Of a stretch of DNA of 64,000 nt, positions 9,052 to 21,972 are shown in pieces; the stretch's first letter is position 1, and the number at the start of each line of letters is the position of its first letter. The stretch comes from an uncultured virus (IMG/VR IMGVR_UViG_3300020577_005857). Taxonomy: Duplodnaviria; Heunggongvirae; Uroviricota; Caudoviricetes. Below the pieces are notes generated by a model. That model was not told where the DNA came from. It did no database searches and saw only the letters and a program-made list of their open reading frames with translations. The stretch lies in the IMG/VR virus record IMGVR_UViG_3300020577_005857. One strand, 5' to 3'. Position numbers and translations under genes: made by a program.

Positions 9052-9055
<4 letters not shown>
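8744..9055 (+). CDS. Secreted coiled-coil protein (spanin-like or chaperone)
   Basis: Signal [17 protein letters not shown] followed by a coiled coil and two Cys. Confidence 0.45.
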
Positions 9056-10931
<1,876 letters not shown>

Positions 10932-10932
<1 letters not shown>

Positions 10933-13900
10933 TGAAGATTCTTTTTGGATTCTGGTTTTCGATTGTGGCTCAGGCCGCTATCAGCAATCTGCAAGTACTG
11001 AAAACTACAGCGACTCAGGGTGCGATCTCGTATCAAGCGCCAACGATGGCGGCGTGTACAGTGGAGGTGAGTAAAAAAGCGGACTACTCTGTGCTGGCTA
11101 CGGATGTGGACCCCGCGCTGTACGCTTCGGCCAATTCTGATTCTCGTACGGGGTCGGTCGTAACCGGCCTGAACCGGATTTTTGTGATTGGCAAGCAGGG
11201 AGAGGCCGCGATTGAGACAGCTTTGAATGGGTATACCCTCAGCCGGGCTCTGCAAGCAACCACGGATTATTATGTTCGCGTGACGTGTGGCGGGGACACC
11301 GCCACTATCGTGATGCGTACCGCTAATATCCAGTGGGGAAAGTCTCGCGGCGAGCCTTTGGCCGTCAAGGCCCCTTTCCAATACAAACAAGTTACCAGGA
11401 ACAGTGTCGCAAATCCAGAATTCGCAGACCCCTACACAGGGGCTCATATCTATGCCCCGCCATATGTATTGGGTTTCGGCTACTCCAATACCACCGGGGT
11501 GAACGCGACCGGAATCTCTGGGTGCAATATTATTGTGGGATCAGAAAAAGGTGCGTGCCGGTTCACGGATGCGACCGGCCCTAATTGGGGCTTTACAAGC
11601 GGATCACTAACTGCCGCCATCCAGGCAGATGATAACAATTTCGTCACCTACAACGGTATAGCGCAGGAGAAGTTGCACATCAGATTGGGAACCAATAGGT
11701 TTCCTACTCATGGAACCTTCGGAACGATCATGGCATCGCAGAATCTACATTTTCGGGCGCTGACTTCGGATGCTACGGGAGATGGTGGGTATGCTCAGAC
11801 CTGCATCACTGAGGATGGCTCCACATGCGCGTCACCACCGAAGCGCGTGACGCTCACCACCAGCAAGGCTACCTATGTGGTCTGTAACGATTCGCCGTGC
11901 ACCGTGAAGGACAAGCCTGGGGATATCATGATCGACGCCCCACGCAGCACCTATCCGTCCCCGGCCCGACTGTACAGCGAGGCGGCGGATTATTCCATCA
12001 TGAAATTGGCGGGGGATGCGGCGGCTAGTGAGTGTGCCACGATAGCCATTGGTGAGGTGATGTGGTCGTTTAATTCGGAGACCAACGGGGATAACCCTGT
12101 GACTATCACGGTTGCATCCAAAAACTGTGGGGCCTCCCCACCGCAGTTTACAATCACGAATCCTGAGAATTTCAGTCAGAACGGCTCTACCGGCACAACG
12201 TTCTGGCGGTTCGGGGGAGTGCAGTCTTCCAATTGGAATTATGGAATTCTGATCTGGAAGGAAAGCACTACCAGCTCGTCTACGATCTCTATTGATGTCC
12301 CGCTGTGGAGAGCCACGTTTTCTATGCTCTGGCGATTCAATGCCGGGGCCGGGGGATTCGGGCGCACCTGTCAGAATGTGCCCACTCCAAGCGGCTATTA
12401 CCTGTGTATGGGGGGATTCGAGGGGAATATTATCTTCGGAATTAAGGAGCAGGATGATGGGTCACTGGATATCAAGAACTACGGATTTGCCACGTGGAGA
12501 GGGGATCAGCTCAGTGCCAATCTAATTGGCAGCCCTACCACCTACCAGAGCCCGTTTTCGTCTGCTGTGAATTTCGCGCCCTGGGATGACGAAGTCCCCG
12601 GCGTATTTTACATGCAGTACTACTGGAATGGTGGCGTTGCGAATGGCAAACCTGTGTTGGTTCGTATGGTAATGAATCTGGTGGAGAAAACTGTCACCAA
12701 TATAGATGACACAAGTGATCCGATTTTTGGATCGAATCGCGCCCCAAAAGTGGGGCTGACTTCAGCGACAATCATTACCCCTTGCTTGAATTTGTGCTCC
12801 AACACTGCCACGGACGACTACACACTCTCCTATCAGTTAGAGAGATATTCGGCCACGTGGTCTACCGTGAAGTCCATTTTCACGGGATGTGCAATCGAGG
12901 CTATCCAGGCAAAGACCCTGATCTATACCTGCGACAACGCCGGGCCGGATAGCTACGCTTGGGTGTTTTCCATTGACCTTGGAAATGGGCTGCCCATCGG
13001 AAGCGGTTTTGTGGGTTCACAGGGAGGGAACACCCAACAGGTCTACGGGGGATTTCCCACTTACGATACTCCATCTTGCCGATTCTGCGCTCTCCATACA
13101 TATCAGAGCCCGGCCTACCCAGGTGGCGCGCCTTTCGCAAATCTCGAAATGACCAATAAGTGCCAGTTGGGGGTGACGGGTTCGGCCCTTAGTGCCTGCG
13201 TCTCACACCCCACCTTAGGCACGTGTGATGCGTGCCCTGCCAATACCATACTGGACGGGTATGATTATTCGGGAAAACCGATGTGTTCAAACATCACGCT
13301 TACGTCAAGCTGGAATGGGGCGTGGGGCACGCAGCCTCCGCTATTCGAGTCAGGCGATCCGGTGGACGCGGTGTGCAGTGAAGCTCCAATTCTGTTTTGG
13401 CTGATGAAATTTCAGGTGGGAGATTTTATCAATCATACACAGTCAGGAATTGAATATGGGCGGCTGGCTAAGCGCCTAAATAATCAGGATTGGGTGATGA
13501 TTCGAGGATGGGGAGGGATTGCGGACTCCAGCACCTATGGGGCTAAGGCGCACAGTGCCGGAGGAACGTGGTTCACTAAATGTGGGAGCATTATCAAAAA
13601 TCCGCTGACCTCGACTCCCCTTCATGGGCAGGCCTTGGCGTGGTATTTCGGTAATGATCCAACCGGCCAGAATGAGAACTACGCTTTCTTGAATCCGTAC
13701 CAGAATCACGGGGTAAATATTCTGAACTATGGGGTGGCGATCGAAGGAGGCTATAATATTGCCCCATTTGATTTTACAAACCCGGCGGCGAACAAGAATT
13801 CAGTCGAAGGCTACTATCCCATCGGCAATAATTTCGCCGGCAAAACTAGTGACTGCTTAGGGAACTCCTGCGAGAGGCACCCAAGCGGCTCGCAGGTAGT

Positions 13901-14840
13901 CGCCAGTGACCGGGACAAAACATCGTTCTTCGATGTCCACCCCAGGTTAATGACTGGGGCCACTAGCTTGGCTGATGCACAATTAGCTCCAGGGAAAACC
14001 TACATTCGGATCTATTCCGGGAACCGAGTTTTGGATTTCAAGCATTACGATGTGGAAAGTTGGATGGGCATATTCCCATTGAAGAGGAAAGACACCCTTA
14101 CTGACTCGGCGTCTGAGAGTGGCTACATGTGCGCGGCTATCGTAGCTAATGATTGCTTCAGTGGGTCCGTCGCCAACAATTTGTATTTTGTGAACGAAAG
14201 TATGGACGTGGAGTACATCAGCAACACGATTGGGCGAATCTCTTGTCGCCATACGCAGTTTGCAGTGTGGATGGGGGACACGTGCAGTGCGAATCCATCT
14301 CCTGCGTCTGCGACCGTTGCGCAATACAAATTCCCTCCTACAGGAGTGTCTTACATTCCCAATGGAGGCTACAGCCGAGTGCTCAGCAAGGAGTGGCGCT
14401 ATCATCGGGAAGCTGCGACCGAAAACGCCAAGGGGAGCCCAAAAGGAAAGCATGTGCTGATGCGTGGGTTCTGGTATATTGAATTGCCCGACATAGGAGA
14501 GATAGATACTGTCAACAGAGGAACCTTTGCTGCCGTGCCGGTGAAACTAACAAGTGTTCCAGTGGGCACGGATAATGTGCTCATCCAGTTCGGTTACAAT
14601 CATCTTTTCCAGTGCAGTGGTAATAGGGACAACACCTGTTACAGCGAATCTACTGCTGTCAACATCACTACACCATTTCAGTTTGATCATCAGACGCTCA
14701 CGGGGGTTTCGTGTGCCTCTGGGTGTACTCCGATTATTCCGCTTGTGCCGGGGAGACTAGCATATTGGAGGCCCGTGTATCGCAACAGCGGCGGCACGGT
14801 GATCGCGCGGGGGGCAACGCAGTTTGCGGCAGTTAACTAG
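10932..14840 (+). CDS. Large Cys-rich beta protein with signal peptide (adhesin/receptor-binding-like)
   Basis: MKILFGFWFSIVAQA signal; about 1300 aa, rich in Thr/Gly/Cys/aromatic residues; FN3-like start (TDYYVRVTCG). Confidence 0.6.
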
Positions 14841-14878
14841 TGTAGTATTATAGAAGGTAATGATTACCAGGAGGTGTC

Positions 14879-15109
14879 ATGAACTGGAAGGCTTTACTGC
14901 AACTGGCGATTTCTGCGTTTCTACTGGGGGGTGTAAATGGCGTCCATTTATATCTTCGGGATCATCAGGACTTCAATTTCGAGCAAGGCTTTAGTGCTTT
15001 GCTAAGTGTATTCATTGTGTCCGGAGTTTCGGGCGCGGTGGCACATGCAATCAAATCTCCCCTAGTTTCGAAATCCGAGGAGACCAATGATGACACTAGT
15101 TCTAAGTAG
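14879..15109 (+). CDS. Holin-like small protein with two TM segments
   Basis: Two hydrophobic helices, charged C-terminus, GGAGG RBS. Confidence 0.55.
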   Translation: MNWKALLQLAISAFLLGGVNGVHLYLRDHQDFNFEQGFSALLSVFIVSGVSGAVAHAIKSPLVSKSEETNDDTSSK

Positions 15110-15560
15110 CCTATACCTTAAGTACGAATGGGTATTCTGGCCATTAGTGATGTTTAAGCTGCTGTCGGATTTGGGACGATATGTGTATGCTGGGATTGTC
15201 TGGTTTCCACGAATCATATTGGACCTGATTATGCAGCGGCCCTCCATAATAGTGGAACTGGTGGCCATGCTTTCGGCTATTCTGTTTGCGGTATGGACCA
15301 AGAATGCCACTGAGGTGGGACTGAGCTGGAAGGCTATTTCTACAGTATTGGGGGTGAGCCATTTGGGGGTGTTGATATCCGGGAGCTGGAGAGGTAGAGT
15401 AAAGGTAATGATTGTCTCCACGGTTTTTTGGAGCTGTCTTATGTTTGCTTATCTGCCAAAGCGCTTCGTACTGGCGCACGTTTTCTTGATTCCACTGTGC
15501 TGGGCTTATGCGGTAACTACGCTAGCACTATTACGGCACTGTGATGACAGACGAAACTAA
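15087..15560 (+). CDS. Multi-pass membrane protein
   Basis: Four to five hydrophobic segments. Confidence 0.55.
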   Translation: MMTLVLSSLYLKYEWVFWPLVMFKLLSDLGRYVYAGIVWFPRIILDLIMQRPSIIVELVAMLSAILFAVWTKNATEVGLSWKAISTVLGVSHLGVLISGSWRGRVKVMIVSTVFWSCLMFAYLPKRFVLAHVFLIPLCWAYAVTTLALLRHCDDRRN

Positions 15561-15843
15561 GGATGGGGTGATCCTGGGAATTGGTGCATCTGTATCTGCT
15601 TTGCTAGTAAAGCTGGCAGGAAATTGGATGAACCGTGCTCGCAAAGAACCTGTGGCGCTAAGCGAGCAAAACATCGAATGGGCTAAGGACATGATGTCCC
15701 GGCTGGAGAAACAGGTAGATGCCTTGAATCAGCGGGTGTCCGCTCTGGAGAATGAGTTGCAGGAAGAGCGCGAGGGTAGGCTGGACTGTGAAGAGCGGTA
15801 TAGAGAATTGCTGGGGAGAAAGAAGGAATTGCATGACAAATGA
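15544..15843 (+). CDS. Membrane-anchored coiled-coil protein (lysis-module type)
   Basis: N-terminal TM segment followed by heptad repeats. Confidence 0.55.
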   Translation: MTDETKDGVILGIGASVSALLVKLAGNWMNRARKEPVALSEQNIEWAKDMMSRLEKQVDALNQRVSALENELQEEREGRLDCEERYRELLGRKKELHDK

Positions 15844-16246
15844 GGAAAAGATTCTTGTTGAGTTGGCGCAACTGAAGGCGGGCTTAGGACTTGTGATTAA
15901 GGCTACTGCTCCGGCGCAGTGGGATAATTTTCTGGTGGCTACGGGGCAGAGTGCCACGCTTGCGCCTACGGCGGCTCAGGTGGCGCAGAACCCCGGATTG
16001 TATTATGGGACACGCTATGATTCGCTAGCGGGCTCTGTGACTCAGCCGGTGGTTGAGGTATTCCTTCCTCCTACGGAGGACGCGGAGGGCAATAAGACTT
16101 ACAAGTTCATTGGGGGTACGCTCTACGAGTGGGCCAAGGCAGATCTCGAAAGCTTCCTAGTGTACTATGCCACCCGCTATAGGGTTTCGTTGAATATGTT
16201 GGCCCTTAGCCCGGAGCAGCGTGCTAAGATGGGCCTGAATGGCTAG
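15833..16246 (+). CDS. Hypothetical protein
   Basis: Coupled ORF directly upstream of the terminase. Confidence 0.55.
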   Translation: MTNEEKILVELAQLKAGLGLVIKATAPAQWDNFLVATGQSATLAPTAAQVAQNPGLYYGTRYDSLAGSVTQPVVEVFLPPTEDAEGNKTYKFIGGTLYEWAKADLESFLVYYATRYRVSLNMLALSPEQRAKMGLNG

Positions 16247-18185
16247 AAAGCGTCCACAACGTACCGAGCAGATCTTTCATGCGGGCACTCTGGAAGCAAT
16301 TCCAGAGAATGCCCGCATCCTTATTGCTCCGCAAGAAGGCCCGCAGGAAGACTTGATGCTCCTGGAGGAGAAGGAGATTTTGTTCGGTGGGGCGAAGGGC
16401 GGAGGCAAAACTGCTGGGGCTCGGATCTGGGCGCTCAAAGGCAATCCGGACCTGCCGCAAGATGATCCGGTAAACGTAAGTTACGTCTACCATGCAGCAT
16501 ATCGCTGCCTTATCCTGAGAAAAAACTATCAGGATATGATGGACTTCATTGATAAGGCCAAAGACATCTACGGGCCTGCCTATGGAGCGGTGTGGTTTGA
16601 CGATGGGTACTTCGAGTTCCCAAGCGGGGCCAAGATGGTTGTGGGCCACATGGCTGATGAGAATGCCTACATGAAGTACATGGGGCAGGAGTGGACTCGG
16701 ATTATTGTAGAAGAGGTAACGCAGATCCGGTCCAAGGACTTGTATCTTAGGATCTATTCCTGCGCACGTACCGTGTTTAAAGAGCTGCGCACTCAGATAT
16801 TGCTCACGGCTAATCCTGAGGGACCTGGATTCTATTGGGTGCGTGAGCGCTTCATGCGCCATCCCAAGACCGGCAAGGCGGTTCCGGCGCGGACGCGCAT
16901 CGAGGAAGAGCTTCTCAATCCATTCACTGGCAAGAAGGAAATCATTACCCGCATCTTCTTGCCTAGTAAAGTCTCGGACAATAAGATTCTGTTGCAGAAT
17001 GATCCTGGGTATGTGACCATGCTGCTGAGCTTGCCGGAGAATTTGCGGCAAGCATACCTGGAGGGCAACTGGGAAGTCCTTGGCGGGAAGTACTTCCATA
17101 ATTTTAGACCGAATGGTCCATTGGCAGAGGAGCCGGAGTGGGCTAACCATGTGGTGGACTCTACGAGTGTATGGGTAATGCCATGGTTTCGCAAGTGGTG
17201 TGGGCTGGACATCGGATTCCATCACTGGATGGTGTGCCACTGGTTTGTGGAAAGCCAGGATGATGAGCGGATCTACGTGTATCGTAGTCTGCGGGCGCGG
17301 TACATGGGTATGCAGGCTTTTGGCGAGCTATGGGCTAAGAAGGCACTTCAGGATTTTGAAGCCGACGGGGACAATCAGATCACTATCTGGATGTCCCATG
17401 ATGCCTTTCATAAGAGGGATTCCAGTCCGGAGGCACGGGATATCTCGCCTGTGTCACGGTTCGTGGCTGGGGTGGAATCCGTGCTGGGAGCGCAGTCGGT
17501 ATTCGTGCCCACGCAAGAGGATATCCCTAACGAGCCCGATTTCTGGGAGCGTATCGAGATCCAAAAGAATGTGAAGGTCATTGTTCGCAAGGCTCCAATG
17601 CACAAGCAAACCAGTAGTGAGTATGTACGTGAGCTGTTGGATTGGAAGCGGCCACAACTGAATGCCGAAGCCTATGATGAAGGCTATGCCCTCAGTTTGC
17701 TGGTGCAGGAGGGCGGCGGCATAAAGTACTTGGATTACATGAAACGCCACATCGTGGCAGCCAAGGAGCCTAACCTTCCGAAGGTGCGGATATTTGGGGA
17801 TCAATGTAGTGAGCTAGTGAAGGGTATCGAGGATGCCGTCTATGACGAAGATCGGCTGAATATCGCCAAGGTAGACTGCAACGCGGACACTGGGGAAGGC
17901 GGAGATGATGACTTGCAGGCCTTCATCTATGGTCTGAGTGGATACCGCAAGCAAGTCCGTAACACCATGCCCGCGCATGTAAAGATGCAAATGAAAGTGC
18001 ATGACATGATGAAGAAGCATGGCTATCAGTTGGATGGTAGCCAGCGCATGCAGGTACAGTGGCAAGCGCTTATGGAAGCCCGCAAGGAAGACAAGTTCAA
18101 GACGGCTCACATTCCACGAAGATCTTCCCGGTGGAGGCCCAGAAATCCTAACCCCATGGATGGCTATAAGGATCTGATAAACTAA
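16239..18185 (+). CDS. terL: Terminase large subunit
   Basis: Q motif PQEGPQ, Walker A GGAKGGGKT, Walker B IIVEE, coupling motif TANP, nuclease GLDIG and C-terminal DDDLQA. Confidence 0.92.
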   Translation: MARKRPQRTEQIFHAGTLEAIPENARILIAPQEGPQEDLMLLEEKEILFGGAKGGGKTAGARIWALKGNPDLPQDDPVNVSYVYHAAYRCLILRKNYQDMMDFIDKAKDIYGPAYGAVWFDDGYFEFPSGAKMVVGHMADENAYMKYMGQEWTRIIVEEVTQIRSKDLYLRIYSCARTVFKELRTQILLTANPEGPGFYWVRERFMRHPKTGKAVPARTRIEEELLNPFTGKKEIITRIFLPSKVSDNKILLQNDPGYVTMLLSLPENLRQAYLEGNWEVLGGKYFHNFRPNGPLAEEPEWANHVVDSTSVWVMPWFRKWCGLDIGFHHWMVCHWFVESQDDERIYVYRSLRARYMGMQAFGELWAKKALQDFEADGDNQITIWMSHDAFHKRDSSPEARDISPVSRFVAGVESVLGAQSVFVPTQEDIPNEPDFWERIEIQKNVKVIVRKAPMHKQTSSEYVRELLDWKRPQLNAEAYDEGYALSLLVQEGGGIKYLDYMKRHIVAAKEPNLPKVRIFGDQCSELVKGIEDAVYDEDRLNIAKVDCNADTGEGGDDDLQAFIYGLSGYRKQVRNTMPAHVKMQMKVHDMMKKHGYQLDGSQRMQVQWQALMEARKEDKFKTAHIPRRSSRWRPRNPNPMDGYKDLIN

Positions 18186-18189
18186 AGTT

Positions 18190-18528
18190 ATGGCATTCCC
18201 AAAGCTTCCGATATTTCTGAGCAATGTTCGCAAGCCGAACATGATCGCATTTGGGATGTTCCCCACGGGGACAGACCTAACATGCTTTGATGGCACTAAT
18301 GCCGGAGGCGGCGGTGGGGTGCCGTTCTACACAGATTTTACTCCAGGCATCAATGGCTCCAATGTGAACTTCACACTAAGTGGCACACCTACGGATGTGA
18401 ACTTGGTTTCGCTTTATTGGAACGGTCTAAGGCTTACACGCGGGGTGAACTATAACATCACAGGCGCGAATATCACTATGGTGCTAGCTCCACAGATTGG
18501 TGAGACGTTGTGGGCCTACTTTTACTAA
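18190..18528 (+). CDS. Small virion beta-sandwich protein
   Basis: GINGSNVNFTLS...LYWNGLRLTRGVNYNITG...AP motif is common in phage structural proteins. Confidence 0.6.
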   Translation: MAFPKLPIFLSNVRKPNMIAFGMFPTGTDLTCFDGTNAGGGGGVPFYTDFTPGINGSNVNFTLSGTPTDVNLVSLYWNGLRLTRGVNYNITGANITMVLAPQIGETLWAYFY

Positions 18529-18538
18529 GGGGGACGAG

Positions 18539-21373
18539 ATGAAGGTAATCATTGCCGCTCTGCTGCTGACATCTGGATTGTGTGCGCAGATTAATATAAA
18601 TACTCAAACCTCAGGGACGTTGAACATCAATCGAGGGGGGTGTGGGGCCACTACGGCATCGGGTTGCCTTGCAAATCTTGGAGGGGTAGGCGTAAGTGAA
18701 GTGGCCACCCTCACGAACAAGACCATCACAAATCCTAAGATCAATGCAATCTTAGATGTCAGTAATGGATCTACTGTGGTCCAGATCTTGAGTGCAATTG
18801 GGTCTACAGAAGGGCTTAGCATTACTCCTTCGGTGGCGGCGTCTCCTGTAGTGGTGGCCACCTTTGGCGTAGGCTCCAATGTGGATTTGCAGTTGGACCC
18901 TAAGGGTACGGGTATCCTGCGGATGCCAGCGGCAGATGAGATCCTATTTGCGGATGGCTCCACTGGGCAGTTCATGCGTAAAGCTGCAAATGGCCGTATG
19001 GAGTGGGCTACTATTGCGGGTACGGGTACGGTTACCTCAGTGGGTCTAAATGGCATTGCTAGCTTCATTACGATTAGCGGAAGCCCCATCACCACTAGCG
19101 GCGCTTTCACAATGGCGCTTGCTTCGCAGAGTCAGAACTTAGTGTTTGCTGGCCCCACAAGTGGCAGTGCTGCCCCCACATTTAGGGCATTAGTGGCCGC
19201 AGACATTCCTAGTTTGGATGCGGCCAAGATCACATCAGGGCTTCTTGCTCCTGCCCGAGTCATCAGTGGAGGCGTAGTAAATAGCCGCTGTTTGCATGTG
19301 GATGGAGTGGGCGCAATCACTGTGGCGGCAGCCGATTGTGGGACTGGTGGCGGGGGCATTACCACTATCAATTCACAGACGGGTCCTGGCATCACGATTA
19401 CACAAGGTACTGCGGGGGCTGATTTTAATGTGGCCAGTGGAAGCAATATCATTACAGTGAATTGCCCTACGGCCTCAGCTTTGGTGCGTGGCTGTCTTGC
19501 CGCAGCCGAGTGGTCAGAGTTCCATGCGAAGGTAAGCGGCCCCGGATTCGCTACGGTTGTGGGAAATGTGGCAACATGGGCCAATACTACAGGTAGCCTG
19601 TTGGGTACAGGGTACCCAGTAAGCGTGCTCGGTACAGCCGATACGGTAGTATTGCGAGATAGTGGAGGAAGCGTATCGGGGGTAAATCTTTCCGCCCAGT
19701 TTTTGGTAGCTGGGGGGTTTGCAGATTTTGGCCCGCCGTCTTACGACACGCCTACAATGTCGGTTAGACGCAATAGTAGCTCGCAGGCCAACAATCTTGT
19801 ACGATTTATGACAGAGCTGGGGTCAACGATGACAGCTATCGACAAGGACGGGAACTTCACAGGTAAGGCCGTAAGGGCAGATCAGTTGAATTTCGATCCT
19901 GCGAATTGCGGAATTGCTGGACAGGCGGCTACGGGAGTGAATGAGTTTGGTGTGGCGCAAGGCTGTTTTACTCCTACGCTGAGTGGGAATGGTCTTTCCA
20001 TTTATAACGTGAAGGATGCGCCCTACAGCGCAGTAGGGGATGGCGTAAGCGATGACACGTCAAAGATTGCGGCGGCAATTACTGCCTGCGAGGATTCGGC
20101 ACGGGGCGGAATCATTTTCTTTCCGCCTGGGATCTATGGCATCACAAATATCTTGTGGCATGGAAACGGCTCTATCACAGGAGGGGGTAACCCTTCCTCA
20201 AAGGCAACCTGTAGGTTCAAGGGATCAGGGCCGGGAGACTCTTCTTACGCTACTAGCGGTGCCAACGTGCAGACTTCTGCTATCAAGTGGATCGGGTCCA
20301 ATCCTGGCAGTCCTGTTTACATGCTCACGATTGATGGGCCGGTGTTTGGTTGGGGCATGGAGGATTTGCAGCTCTGGGCAAATAGCAACAGTAATGTGTA
20401 TGGCTTGGACGCACGCCAAATCAATTATTCCCACATAAAGAATGTGGCCATCATGGACACGGGTGGTGGAGCTGGTGGCGGCTTTGCTATGAAGATCTGG
20501 CCGCAGAAGTCTGCTTTACAGTTCGCGTGCTTTAATACTCTGGAGAATCTGAGAATTCGCGTGGCGACTGGGCTAGCGGGTTCAGCACTGTGGGTAGGCG
20601 GTAACTCTTCTGTTGGTACAGCTTGTTCCATTAATATGGTGGGCGGCTATCTCAATAGGGATAATAATTACGTCTCAGGAACGAATACGGCTACGTACAG
20701 TGTGCTGCTGGACTCTTCGGATAATTTCCATGCCGCATTCACGCATTTCTCACATACGGGCGGGAATGGGTTGCGGAATGGCTGTTCGGTTGGGGCTTCT
20801 GTGGGCGCATACAGCGGGGCCGGTGTTGGGGTATACCCAGACTCCGCCAGCTTCTATGGGATCAGCTCTGAAGGCATGTGTGGCACTACTGGCAGTGGTA
20901 GGCCATTCATTGTGTGGGGCGGTGAATGCGGGGCTGGAGGACAAGGCTCCTGTGACTACCATAACGCTTTTACTGGGGGCGGAACTAAACCAATGGCTCT
21001 AACACAAGAAACTGATATGTCTCTCAAAGGCATGAAAGAGATACTGATCAGCAATGGTGGTAGCGCAGGGACTACATACTTCACGATCAAGAGCACTACG
21101 GGTACCACGCTGATGACAATTGGGCGAGGTGGCATTACAGGAGCGGGGATTGATATCAACGCCTACAATGAAGTACGTTTTTTGAATCCCAGTTTTATGG
21201 AAGCCCATCTCAAGATCAAGCCTGAGTCAGGAGCTAATCCTGGAACGTGCAGCTCTCAAAATGAAAGTTGGCTCTGGAGTAAGGCTGCCTCCAGTGGCGT
21301 GGCTACCACGCTCCTCATGTGTACTGCCAATTCAGCAGGTACTTGGGACTGGCGCCCAGTCCAGACGTTCTGA
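18539..21373 (+). CDS. Tailspike-like protein with pectate-lyase-3-type beta helix and signal peptide
   Basis: YNVKDAPYSAVGDGVSDDT...IFFPPGIY motif; fibre motif PTFRALVAADIP; N-terminal MKVIIAALLLTSGLCAQ. Confidence 0.8.
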   Translation: MKVIIAALLLTSGLCAQININTQTSGTLNINRGGCGATTASGCLANLGGVGVSEVATLTNKTITNPKINAILDVSNGSTVVQILSAIGSTEGLSITPSVAASPVVVATFGVGSNVDLQLDPKGTGILRMPAADEILFADGSTGQFMRKAANGRMEWATIAGTGTVTSVGLNGIASFITISGSPITTSGAFTMALASQSQNLVFAGPTSGSAAPTFRALVAADIPSLDAAKITSGLLAPARVISGGVVNSRCLHVDGVGAITVAAADCGTGGGGITTINSQTGPGITITQGTAGADFNVASGSNIITVNCPTASALVRGCLAAAEWSEFHAKVSGPGFATVVGNVATWANTTGSLLGTGYPVSVLGTADTVVLRDSGGSVSGVNLSAQFLVAGGFADFGPPSYDTPTMSVRRNSSSQANNLVRFMTELGSTMTAIDKDGNFTGKAVRADQLNFDPANCGIAGQAATGVNEFGVAQGCFTPTLSGNGLSIYNVKDAPYSAVGDGVSDDTSKIAAAITACEDSARGGIIFFPPGIYGITNILWHGNGSITGGGNPSSKATCRFKGSGPGDSSYATSGANVQTSAIKWIGSNPGSPVYMLTIDGPVFGWGMEDLQLWANSNSNVYGLDARQINYSHIKNVAIMDTGGGAGGGFAMKIWPQKSALQFACFNTLENLRIRVATGLAGSALWVGGNSSVGTACSINMVGGYLNRDNNYVSGTNTATYSVLLDSSDNFHAAFTHFSHTGGNGLRNGCSVGASVGAYSGAGVGVYPDSASFYGISSEGMCGTTGSGRPFIVWGGECGAGGQGSCDYHNAFTGGGTKPMALTQETDMSLKGMKEILISNGGSAGTTYFTIKSTTGTTLMTIGRGGITGAGIDINAYNEVRFLNPSFMEAHLKIKPESGANPGTCSSQNESWLWSKAASSGVATTLLMCTANSAGTWDWRPVQTF

Positions 21374-21385
21374 TAGGATATAACT

Positions 21386-21700
21386 ATGGCGAATCCATTC
21401 GAGAAAAAGCGCATACCCGGAATTCAGCGAGAACCGGCGGCAATCATTGCCGAAGAACCTCAAATGGAGGAGCCAATTGAAGAGCCCAAAGAGGAGTTAG
21501 GGGAAGAGCCGGAAGAGCTATTGAATCCGGCAAAGGTTCTCTATACGGTAGAAAAGTGTGAGACCTGCAAACACTTTGTGACTGAAGGCCAGCCCTGCCG
21601 TAAGGTATCTGGGCCTATCAGTGCGGGGGGTGTTTGCATCTTGCATGAAGTGAATGAGGCCCCAATGGAAGTTATGGAGCCAATGGAGCCTGCCGTATGA
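21386..21700 (+). CDS. Acidic protein with HiPIP-like four-Cys motif
   Basis: CETCKHF-x6-CRKVSGPISAGGVC. Confidence 0.55.
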   Translation: MANPFEKKRIPGIQREPAAIIAEEPQMEEPIEEPKEELGEEPEELLNPAKVLYTVEKCETCKHFVTEGQPCRKVSGPISAGGVCILHEVNEAPMEVMEPMEPAV

Positions 21701-21972
21701 GAGACTTCCTGATTCGATTCCTTGGACTGGATGAGTGGCAGGCCGAGATCGAGGCACAAGTAGGCATGTGCCGAATTCGCCTTCAGGACTCGGATAGGGC
21801 CTTATTGAGTGAGAATGCACATCTTCGGAATCAAGTGGAGAAGCTTACAGCCTTACTGGAGCTGAAGATGAAGACTCCAGATTCGCCGAAGCGTATGACG
21901 ATCCGGCAAGAAATAGAAGAGCGTACAAAGCTGGCATTTGAGGAAGACGCAAAGAGGGGAGCAGTTAAGTGA
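21697..21972 (+). CDS. Hypothetical coiled-coil protein
   Basis: Coupled ORF before the portal gene. Confidence 0.55.
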   Translation: MRDFLIRFLGLDEWQAEIEAQVGMCRIRLQDSDRALLSENAHLRNQVEKLTALLELKMKTPDSPKRMTIRQEIEERTKLAFEEDAKRGAVK

